Below, in pieces: positions 49,845 through 58,800 of a stretch of DNA of 64,000 bases (positions within the stretch are counted from its first letter, which is position 1; every line of letters starts with the position of its first letter). The notes beneath the pieces are model-generated. The model was not told the DNA's origin, did not search any database, and worked only from the letters and a program-made list of their open reading frames with translations. Source of the stretch: an uncultured Alphaproteobacteria bacterium (lineage in GTDB: Bacteria; Pseudomonadota; Alphaproteobacteria; RF32; CAG-239); the NCBI GenBank assembly GCA_944390885.1, contig CALXRP010000006.1, forward strand, positions 2,216 to 66,215, written 5' to 3'. A program made the translations under genes and the position numbers.

Positions 49845-50273
49845 TTAATACCCGCCGACCGAAGTTGGAACATAATTGCCGAAAGCGTCATAACCGTAAC
49901 CGATTCGGTCTTTCCCGACCGCAGTCGGCACATAGTTGCCCTGGGCGTTGTAACCGTAATTTATTTTTTCTGTTCCGACGGCCGTCGGAACATAATCTCC
50001 CTGCGGATTATACCCGTAATTGATTTTTTTGTTGCCGACCGCGGTGGGAACATAATCTCCCTGAGCATTGTAACCGTAGTTTATTTTTTTCTTTCCGACA
50101 GCGGTAGGCACATAGTCGCCTTGGGCGTTATAACCATATTCAACCTTTTCTCCGTCAATCGAAACCGGCACCCAGTCGCCCTGGGCATTGTAACCGTATT
50201 GAATGTTTCCGGCCCAAGCAGTTACCGGCAAAATCAGAATTGAAAAACATAAGATAAAAATAAAACGGGCCAT
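49845..50273 (-). CDS. Small secreted protein made of 7 tandem 18-aa repeats (consensus INYGYNAQGDYVPTAVGK)
   Basis: Signal peptide MARFIFILCFSILILPVTAWA followed only by repeats. Underlying 54-nt DNA tandem repeats span ~49860..50230. Confidence 0.55.
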   Translation of the reverse strand: MARFIFILCFSILILPVTAWAGNIQYGYNAQGDWVPVSIDGEKVEYGYNAQGDYVPTAVGKKKINYGYNAQGDYVPTAVGNKKINYGYNPQGDYVPTAVGTEKINYGYNAQGNYVPTAVGKDRIGYGYDAFGNYVPTSVGGY

Positions 50274-50330
50274 GTTCCGCCTCCTTTATTGTCCGCCGTT
50301 AAAACTACTATATTGCCTTATCGGCAAAAG

Positions 50331-51974
50331 TCAATGCCCGGCGCCTTTTTTAACCTTGATACGGTAAATGTCGTAGTAATACACGCCTCTCAGAAAAGTC
50401 CCGATATAGTGAAGATGCTTTCTGATTTTGCTGTCAAGTTTTCTCGGTTCAGATGGTTTTTGTTTCATAAAAGCTGTAGCACTACTGTTGGCAACGATGA
50501 AATAATCGCCTTTATGCTTGACAAGAGAAGAAATGATTTGCACTTTGTCGGCATCGTGAACAAAAGTAACGGAATGAACCTTTCTAAAATCATTAACCAG
50601 ATTGATAATGGCAAAAATTCGCTCATTATAAAAAACAACATCTTTACCGGATAAGTCAGCAAAAATTTTAGCCTTTTCTTGAGACGTATGAAAAGCATAG
50701 TTACTTCGGTCAGAAAAATCGGTCAGCCAGACATTGCTGAAAATCAAAACTCCTAAAATATAAAATCGCCAATTTATAGAAAGACCGCAGGCTTTTCCGA
50801 AAGCGTCCGCAAAATATATGATAATCAGGCAAAGAACAGGAATAATCGGCATAAAATAACGATCATCAAAATCTGCCATATCCGGGCTGGCAAAAGCAAT
50901 AAATACAAAATACGGAAGAGTATATAAAAGCAAAACGGGAAAAATGGAACCGGGAGTTTTTTGATGAAGAGGGCTGATCTTCACAAAAGTCACGGACAAG
51001 ATAAAAATAACCAAAACCGCCGCCGGGTAGGAAACCTTGTTAAAGGGCAGAATATTTATCAGAACCAGATTGGAGATTCTCATCATAAATTTTTCAGAAA
51101 GGAGCAGATAATAGTCCAGGTCTTTATCTGCGGCTTCATCTCCGCGGTAAGAATGCATCAAAACGTCAGCTGCCGGATAATAAAAAAGAAAAAAGGCCGC
51201 CACACTGGTCAACATCAATCCGGCATAAATAAAAATGAGCCGGAATTGCTTTCTTTTTAAGAAAATAAAACAAGTGCCTGCAGAAATAAAAAATATGACC
51301 GGCAAAAGATAGTAATGTGTCAAAAAGCCAAAAAACGCCAAAAGAAAAATTTTAAGAGCCATAGAAAAATTAAGGCTGTTGCTTTTTAGCAAAATAAGAT
51401 GCTCATAAATCAACCAGGTTATCAGCATAGCCTGTAGCATATAAGAGCGGATAAATACGGCCATATTCAAATTAGCCAAGGAAAAACTAAAAAAGATAAG
51501 GCTCAAATAACAAAGGCGTTTGTCCTGAAAAAGCTCACCAGCAATTTTGTATAAAAAATAAAGCAACAAAACAAGAGAAACAGCATTAATCGGGTATCCT
51601 TGCCATTTGCTGAACGTTTCCGGAAAGAACGAGGATATGGTATGCAAAATAAAATAATAAAAAGGAGGATGAACACCCAAAGCCAGATTTTCAACAACAT
51701 TTTCATAATCAAAGCGGTGTTCCGGGCTGACGGTAATATAGCTTGTAAAAAAATCCGAAGAAAAGCTCTGCCCGAATAACTGATGATGCGTATCTTCAAG
51801 AAATGAATCTATCCCCGGAGCCAAATATGGCCCTTGTTGACTGTTGGCATGCGCAAATGAAAAAATTTCGTCACCGTGAAAATCGTCTTTCTGGTAAAAA
51901 TAAAATGTTACCAGGCATAAGTTAATTAAAACGATCAGAAGAAATTTATAATCTGCTTTTTGCCAAATTTTCAT
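50331..51974 (-). CDS. GT-C fold polytopic glycosyltransferase (ArnT/PMT-like)
   Basis: ~12 TM helices. Conserved acidic DE motif in the first extracytoplasmic loop (..FYQKDDFHGDEIFSF..). 547 aa. Confidence 0.6.
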   Translation of the reverse strand: MKIWQKADYKFLLIVLINLCLVTFYFYQKDDFHGDEIFSFAHANSQQGPYLAPGIDSFLEDTHHQLFGQSFSSDFFTSYITVSPEHRFDYENVVENLALGVHPPFYYFILHTISSFFPETFSKWQGYPINAVSLVLLLYFLYKIAGELFQDKRLCYLSLIFFSFSLANLNMAVFIRSYMLQAMLITWLIYEHLILLKSNSLNFSMALKIFLLAFFGFLTHYYLLPVIFFISAGTCFIFLKRKQFRLIFIYAGLMLTSVAAFFLFYYPAADVLMHSYRGDEAADKDLDYYLLLSEKFMMRISNLVLINILPFNKVSYPAAVLVIFILSVTFVKISPLHQKTPGSIFPVLLLYTLPYFVFIAFASPDMADFDDRYFMPIIPVLCLIIIYFADAFGKACGLSINWRFYILGVLIFSNVWLTDFSDRSNYAFHTSQEKAKIFADLSGKDVVFYNERIFAIINLVNDFRKVHSVTFVHDADKVQIISSLVKHKGDYFIVANSSATAFMKQKPSEPRKLDSKIRKHLHYIGTFLRGVYYYDIYRIKVKKGAGH

Positions 51975-52426
51975 GACTTTGAACCTCTTGCGGTAAAAAC
52001 AAAATGTCTTCCGAGATAATAGTTAAGAAAAACTATTCCGATTAATACGACATATTTGGAATAAAAAGCGGAAAAGTCCAGAAAACCGACCAAAAAAACA
52101 ACCGATAAATAATCCAGGAGCCCTGTCCCGCCGCGGCATACAAAAAATCTCCAAACTTCGGAATACAGTTCTTTTTTTGTATGGCAAACGCTGCAGTAAA
52201 CATAATATTTGTTAATAACATAAGCATAAACTTTGGCAATGACAATCGCAGCCAGATTGGCAAAATAATAACGAACGCCGAACAGCAGCAGAATTGTATA
52301 AAGAACGGCGTTTATCGCGGTTGTGCTCAGTCCGGCAAGAATATAACGCGAGAATTCGGAACGGCATATGTCAGACAACTTTTTCATCATTGTTTTTCTA
52401 TTACGGCAAGAGTCCAAACCAGACAA
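51971..52426 (-). CDS. GtrA-family small membrane protein (polyprenol-phosphate sugar translocation)
   Basis: Four TM helices with GtrA-like pattern (..FSRYILAGLSTTAINAVLYTILL..). Confidence 0.7.
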   Translation of the reverse strand: MSGLDSCRNRKTMMKKLSDICRSEFSRYILAGLSTTAINAVLYTILLLFGVRYYFANLAAIVIAKVYAYVINKYYVYCSVCHTKKELYSEVWRFFVCRGGTGLLDYLSVVFLVGFLDFSAFYSKYVVLIGIVFLNYYLGRHFVFTARGSKS

Positions 52427-53001
52427 TCAAAGAGTTTTATTTTTTCTGCTCGCGCATGTTTCCTCAGAAATTTTTTAAAACCGTAAAAAGTATAATGGTT
52501 TATGTGGTCGGGAGGATTCCCGAACCGTAAAATATTTTTGCCGGAAAGCAGGTTTCCCAAACAAAAATAAGGTTCTTTCGGAACAGAAACGATCAAATAT
52601 TTTTTAGCCACTCGGAGAAGTTCGCCCAAAGCCTGTTCAGGGTATTGCAAATGTTCCAAAACTTCTGTGGCACAGACCAGATCAAACTGGTTGTCTTTCG
52701 CTTCAATATGATAAATGTCGCCGACAGAAAATCGAATTTCCAGCGGCAGATGCGAGCGGGCATAAGCTACGGCATCGAGGTTGGCGTCAATTCCTGAAAT
52801 TTGAGCCTGAGGAAAATTCTGAAAAAGCAGGTTTGTAACAAAACCTTCTCCGCAGCCGGCATCCAAAATGGTTGGTTTCTTCAGCCCGAGGAAAGCGACA
52901 GCGTTTATAAAACGGCGGTTAAAATAGCTAAGCATCATCTTTTTCAGAGGATTTTTAGTCTGATATTTTTGCAGATTGCCGCTATTTTTCATCTTTTGCA
53001 T
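52387..53001 (-). CDS. Class I SAM-dependent methyltransferase
   Basis: Motif I ILDAGCGEGF, with post-I and motif II regions. Start is uncertain (in-frame Met at 53001, 52992 or 52938). The longest ORF would overlap the upstream GT2 gene. Confidence 0.65.
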   Translation of the reverse strand: MQKMKNSGNLQKYQTKNPLKKMMLSYFNRRFINAVAFLGLKKPTILDAGCGEGFVTNLLFQNFPQAQISGIDANLDAVAYARSHLPLEIRFSVGDIYHIEAKDNQFDLVCATEVLEHLQYPEQALGELLRVAKKYLIVSVPKEPYFCLGNLLSGKNILRFGNPPDHINHYTFYGFKKFLRKHARAEKIKLFDCLVWTLAVIEKQ

Positions 53002-53950
53002 CCTTGCGGTAAATTTCCTGAATAAAAATATCTTTGTTGGTTTTAGGGGCATTGTCGACAATCAGATTCGCAATCAGCCCGAGTGAAAAAGACTGAAAAC
53101 CGACTAAAATGAACAAAACACCGAGCAACAGCAACGGTCGATGCCCGATAGCTTGTCCGGAAAACCATAGCAGCGTAAGATAAGAACAAATAAGAAAACC
53201 GATACCGAACAAAAACAAACCGAATTTCCCGAAAAAATACATCGGTTTATCGTAAAACTTCATCAAAAACAGGGCGGATATTGCATCAAACATACCGCGA
53301 AGATATCGTTCTGCGCCAAATTTAGAATATCCATACCGGCGTTTATGATGCTTTACCGGAATTTCCCCGATTTTAAAACCGTTACGTCTGGCCAAAAGCG
53401 GAATATAACGATGAAATTCTCCGTAAACATTAAGGCTCTTGACTACATTACGGCGGTATGCTTTAAAACCGCAATTAAAGTCATGCAAAGCAATTCCTGA
53501 AATTTTTGATGTTACAAAATTAAAAACTTTTGACGGCAGTCGTTTTTCCAGAGGATCTTTTCTGTTTGTTTTCCAACCGGAAACCAGATCATAGCCTTCA
53601 TCAATTTTTTTGATAAATTTTCCGATTTCTCCGGCGTCATCTTGCAAATCAGCGTCCATCGTAATAACGATATCACCGGATGTATGCCGAAAACCGGTCT
53701 GCAATGCGGCTGATTTACCAAAATTTTTTCTGAGAGAAATCAATGTAACCGTCGGGTCGGCATCAGCAATATTTCTGATTTTTTCTTCTGTCGTATCGGT
53801 AGAACCGTCGTTTACAAAGCAAATCTCATATTGTGAAAATAAGGCCTTTTGCTGAAGTTTGTTCAGATTTTTCTTCAGTTTATCATAAAGCGAAACAATT
53901 GCTTCTTCTTCGTTATACGCGGAAATAACAACGGATAAACACCTCTGCAT
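52982..53950 (-). CDS. GT2-family polyprenol-phosphate glycosyltransferase (GtrB/ArnC/DPM1-like)
   Basis: ..VVISAYNEEEAI.. , ..VNDGSTDTT.. , ..ITMDADLQDD.. DxD region, and two C-terminal TM helices. Confidence 0.8.
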   Translation of the reverse strand: MQRCLSVVISAYNEEEAIVSLYDKLKKNLNKLQQKALFSQYEICFVNDGSTDTTEEKIRNIADADPTVTLISLRKNFGKSAALQTGFRHTSGDIVITMDADLQDDAGEIGKFIKKIDEGYDLVSGWKTNRKDPLEKRLPSKVFNFVTSKISGIALHDFNCGFKAYRRNVVKSLNVYGEFHRYIPLLARRNGFKIGEIPVKHHKRRYGYSKFGAERYLRGMFDAISALFLMKFYDKPMYFFGKFGLFLFGIGFLICSYLTLLWFSGQAIGHRPLLLLGVLFILVGFQSFSLGLIANLIVDNAPKTNKDIFIQEIYRKDAKDEK

Positions 53951-54119
53951 CTTAAAACAGCCTCATCATTTTATTAATAATGAAAAATGTTATAATATTT
54001 TTGAAAATAAGTAAGCCTTTTTTTGTCGGTTATCAAATATAAAATATATCCTTCATATTGACAGATGTTAAAAAACAATATAACTTCCCGGCAAAATAAA
54101 TTATTAATCATATATTACT

Positions 54120-54860
54120 ATGGAAGAAATACAATTTTTTGAAAAATTTGCAGATTCTCGTTTTATGGTCTGCATAAGAACACCCCGCAATCTGACATCA
54201 GAAACGACGGTTGTTTTGGTTCATGGCTTTTGGTCTCTTCCGTTGGGAAGAAAATATGACTTGTTGAGCAACATCTGTGAACGCCTGGGCGTAAAATGTG
54301 CGGCTTATGAGCTGATCGGACACGGTTCGGACATTGCTCGTCTTGATAATATGGATTTAAATGTTCTGATTGGGCAGCTGGAAGATCTGATTCCCCGCGT
54401 ATTTGGCAATGATGTTATTTTGATCGGATCCTGCGGCGGCGGTCTGGTTGCTTTGCAGACAGCCCGAAAACATCCGACAGCGGTAAAAGGCATTATAACT
54501 TTGGCCACCGCGCTGGATTGGCGTTTTCTAACACCGGAACAAATGAAGACTGTCAATGAAAAAGGCTTTGTTTATGTGCGTTTTGGACACCATGTGGAAG
54601 ATTGCAAAATCACCAAAAGATTTTGCGATTCGTATGCCGAAGTAGAACATTGGGCGCCGCATGAAGTCTCTTATCCCGTACACATTATCCAAGGCAGCGG
54701 TGATAATGTTATGGACTGGCGAAAGTCATTAAAATTATTGGAGTTTGTGCAAGGCAAAGATGTCATGTTGAAGGTCATTCAGGGAACAGGACATCGAGTT
54801 GCCGACAAAAAGAGCTTTAGGGAAATAGAGTTTTCTCTGCAGACAATGTTAGGCAAATAA
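54120..54860 (+). CDS. Alpha/beta hydrolase
   Basis: ..VVLVHGFWS.. ; nucleophile elbow region ..ILIGSCGGG.. ; 246 aa. Confidence 0.65.
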   Translation: MEEIQFFEKFADSRFMVCIRTPRNLTSETTVVLVHGFWSLPLGRKYDLLSNICERLGVKCAAYELIGHGSDIARLDNMDLNVLIGQLEDLIPRVFGNDVILIGSCGGGLVALQTARKHPTAVKGIITLATALDWRFLTPEQMKTVNEKGFVYVRFGHHVEDCKITKRFCDSYAEVEHWAPHEVSYPVHIIQGSGDNVMDWRKSLKLLEFVQGKDVMLKVIQGTGHRVADKKSFREIEFSLQTMLGK

Positions 54861-54892
54861 AAAAAGGAGGCTCATGCCTCCTTTTTTTATAA
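54859..54892. terminator. Bidirectional rho-independent terminator
   Basis: Stem AGGAGGC / GCCTCCT with loop TCAT, flanked by A7 and T7. Confidence 0.75.
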
Positions 54893-54894
54893 AA

Positions 54895-55632
54895 TCACAA
54901 ACAATACGTCGCTTCATTACCGTAATCATCATAAAAACGGACTAAAGCACTGCCGTTTCCGGTTGTTACTTCAATATCGGTATATCCGACACTGTAACTG
55001 ACCGTTTGGTGCCGATACAAATCAAGAAATGACACGCTGTTTCCCGATTGAATCTTTAATCTGTTCTGATACCTTGTCAAAACCATGTTGCCGATTTCGA
55101 GCCTTGTCGGAGCATCAAGTGCACCCCAGATATAATATCCGAGCAGACTGTCAAAAAAGCGGTTATGATACAGGGCGTGACAGATAAAACGGTTATAATA
55201 CCCGCCCCACCGATACCAATACCAGTCATTAAAATAACAATGATGGTGATAATGCCTAAAACCGTGATGGTGATGAAAGATCGGCCGCCACGAATGGCTT
55301 GGTGGAGGAGGCATATGTCTGTGATGATACCCGGATGGCGGACGTTGATATCGCAAAGCCCCCGGACGGTTTCTGTCAACATTCGGACGTCCCGGTGCAT
55401 AATGTCTGACGCCACGGTCCCCGACATCAGAGTGTCGATAAGAACGACTGTTTTGATTAGCCGAAAAATTCCGCGACGGCGAGCTGCGTAAAGAATGTAC
55501 CGATGACATACTGCGATTGGAAGAACGTTCAACCCGATGGCTTTGATTCCTGCCATTTTCTCTTTGCGCGTAACCTTGAACTGCAAAGAGTCCCATAACC
55601 AAAATAGTTATGATAAAAATTTTCTTTTTCAT
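54895..55632 (-). CDS. Secreted His/Arg/Ser-rich low-complexity protein with an aromatic-rich C-terminal domain
   Basis: Signal peptide MKKKIFIITILVMGLFAVQGYAQ. His clusters (HHRHMPPPP, FHHHHGFRHYHHHCYF). C-terminal W/Y-rich ~100 aa. Confidence 0.5.
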   Translation of the reverse strand: MKKKIFIITILVMGLFAVQGYAQRENGRNQSHRVERSSNRSMSSVHSLRSSPSRNFSANQNSRSYRHSDVGDRGVRHYAPGRPNVDRNRPGALRYQRPPSGYHHRHMPPPPSHSWRPIFHHHHGFRHYHHHCYFNDWYWYRWGGYYNRFICHALYHNRFFDSLLGYYIWGALDAPTRLEIGNMVLTRYQNRLKIQSGNSVSFLDLYRHQTVSYSVGYTDIEVTTGNGSALVRFYDDYGNEATYCL

Positions 55633-55861
55633 AATAATGATATTTTAACTAAAAACAAAATAGCATATAAAAACCAAAAAGTCCATCTTTTAACATTAGC
55701 CGCCGTCGGAAAATTAAAAAATATAAAAAAGGGATAATTTCGTATCAAAACAGACAAGGTCTTGCAAAGATCAAAATCTTATGTTATCGAAAAATAAGGT
55801 AAATTAGACCATTTGATAGTACATAGATACCAAAAAGTTTGAGGTTTTATAGGGTATAAAA

Positions 55862-58800
55862 ATGATAACTGGGACTGAAAGATTATTATATCTCGGAATA
55901 GATGTGGGTTCAACGACGGTTAAGGCCGTTGTTATTGATGACAAAGAAAATGTTTTGTTTTCCACCTATCAGCGCCATATGTCGGAAGTTCGCAAAAAAA
56001 TCATTTCCATACTGAATGAAATCATCAAAAAATTTCCCGATACCCGTTTTAAAATAAGTCTGACCGGTTCCGGTGCCCTGTCACTGTGTACCAAACTGAA
56101 CGTTCCTTTTGTGCAGGAAGTCATCGCCTCCAGCCTGAGCATAAAAAAGCAGATTCCCGATGCCGACGTTATTATCGAACTGGGCGGGGAAGACGCCAAA
56201 CTGACTTTTCTGACCAGCGGAACGGACTTGCGGATGAATGAAACCTGTGCCGGCGGTACGGGGGCTTTTATCGACCAGATGGCCTCTTTCCTAAACCTTG
56301 ACGTCAGCGAAATGGATGAACTGGCGCTGCAATATAAAAATATTTATCCGATTGCCTCGCGCTGCGGCGTTTTTGCCAAAACGGATATTGTGCCGCTGAT
56401 TAACGAAGGCTGCACAAAAAGCGATATTGCCATGTCGATTATGCAGGCGGTTGTCAACCAGTTTATCGGCGGTTTGGCACGCGGGCGGGACATTACCGGT
56501 AAAATTGTGTTTCTGGGCGGTCCGCTGGCTTTTATCAAATCTCTGCGGCAATGCTTTATCGAAACTTTGAAATTAGAGGCTGAAAACGCTGTCCTGCCGG
56601 AGCGGGCCGAGCTTTTTGTGGCTTTGGGAGCGGCCTTGCATGCGCTGGGAGGGTCGGAAGAACCGATAGAATTAAAGAGCTTTGCTGCGGCATTGGATAA
56701 ACTGGATGAAGAAAACGAAATTCAAAAACTGCCGCCGCTTTTTAAAGACAAACGGGAAAAAGAAGAATTTGATAAACGACACAGCCGCACCAATGTCCGG
56801 ACTTTTCCTCTGGAAGAATACGAGGGTGATGCCTGGTTCGGCATTGACAGCGGCTCCACCACTATTAAAGCTGTTTTGATAGATGCTCAGGATCGGCTGC
56901 TTTATTCCCATTACGGGCCAAACAAGGGAGATCCGTTTCATCAGGCCTTAAATATTTTGCAGGAAATATATTCCCGGGCCAAACCCGGATTAAAAATCAA
57001 GGCCGCGGCGGCGACCGGATACGGCAGTGCGCTGTTGAAAGCCGGTTTAAAACTGGATATTGATGAGGTGGAAACGGTAGCGCATTGTCAGGCCGCAGCG
57101 TTTTTTGCTCCGAATGCCAGCTTTGTTCTCGACATCGGCGGACAAGACATAAAATGTATGAAGCTGAAAAACGGCGTCATAGAAAAAATCGGGCTGAACG
57201 AGGCCTGTTCTTCCGGTTGCGGATCTTTTATTGAGAATTTTGCCAAATCTCTGAATATGAGTATGCCGGAATTTGTCGAGGCGGCGCTCAAAGCCAAACA
57301 CCCGGTCGATTTGGGCACGCGCTGCACGGTATTTATGAACTCTAAGGTCAAACAGGCGCAAAAAGACGGTGTTTCCGTCGGAGATATTGCCGCCGGTCTG
57401 TCTTATTCCGTAATCAAAAACGCCTGTTACAAGGTCATTAAAATCACGGACGTTTCCGAATTAGGCGATTGCATCGTTGCGCAGGGGGGCTCGTTTTTAA
57501 ACGACGCGCTGCTCCGGGCCTTGGAAATCCAGGTCGGCAAAACGATTGTCCGGCCGGGGCTTGCCGGTCTGATGGGCGCTTTCGGCGCGGCGCTGATTGC
57601 CCGAAAACGCGGGCCGGAAAACGGAGTTAAAACCGGTCTTATTACCCCGGAAGAAATCAAAAATCTGAACATCAAAACCACTAACGCCAGATGTCAGGGA
57701 TGTACCAACCATTGTATGCTGACAATCACCGATTTCGGCAATAAAAAGAAGTTTATTTCCGGCAATAAATGTGAAAGAGGCGCCGGCAAAGTCAAAAATA
57801 ACAAAATCAACCTCTGCGCATACAAATATGCCCGCTTGTTTGATCATTACAAACCCCTTCCGAAAGAAAAAGCCGTTCACGGCACGGTCGGCATTCCGCG
57901 GGCATTGAATATGTACGAGAACTATCCGCTGTGGTTCACACTTTTCACACATTTGGGCTTTCGGGTAGAACTGTCGTCGCCATCTTCCAAAAAAATGTTT
58001 TTCAGCGGCTATGCCTCCATTCCGTCGCAAACGGTCTGCTATCCGGCCAAGATGGCGCACGGACATATTATGGATTTGTTGAATAAAAACGTAGATTGCA
58101 TCTTTTTCCCGTGCATTCCACGGGAGCAAAAAGAATTTCCGTCGCAGGCCGACAGCTATAATTGTCCGGTCGTAACCGGTTATCCGGAACTGCTGTCTAA
58201 AAATATTTCCGAGCTGGCATCGGGAGAGGTGCCGTTTTATGCACCGTTTTTGCCGCTGGATGAAAAGATTTTGGCCAAACGGCTGAAGTCTATACCGCTG
58301 TTTGCCGGCTTTTCTTCTTTGCAGTTAAGGATGGCTGTCAAACGTGCTTTTGTGGAGTTGCGAAGGTTTAAAAAAGACATCAGAAACGCCGGTATTGAAG
58401 CCGTCGAGAAATTGAAGAAAAACGGCGAATACGGCATTGTCCTCGCCGGCCACCCGTATCATATCGACCCGGCTATCAACCACGGGATCCCTGAGCTTAT
58501 CAATGCCTGCGGCTTGTCTGTTCTGACAGAAGATTCCGTTGCTCACCTGCGGCCAAATCCGGAGGCGCTGCGGGTTCGCGACCAATGGACCTATCACTCC
58601 CGCTTATATCGGGCAGGTACTTTTGCTGCCGATAATAACAATCTTGCAATTTTGCAGCTGGTGTCTTTCGGTTGCGGCGTCGATGCCATTACTGCAGATC
58701 AGCTGGAAGAAATTGTAACCTCCAAAGAACAGCTTTATGCTCAGATAAAAATTGACGAGGGCGATAATCTGGGGCCGGCAAAGATTCGGATTCGTTCCTT

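Noticed and set aside
52387-53061. Full-length 224-aa reading of the methyltransferase ORF overlapping both neighbours
   Set aside because: The 5' 60-80 nt would overlap the GT2 gene. An internal Met (53001/52992/52938) gives a normal-length class I methyltransferase, so the gene is kept with a shortened start.
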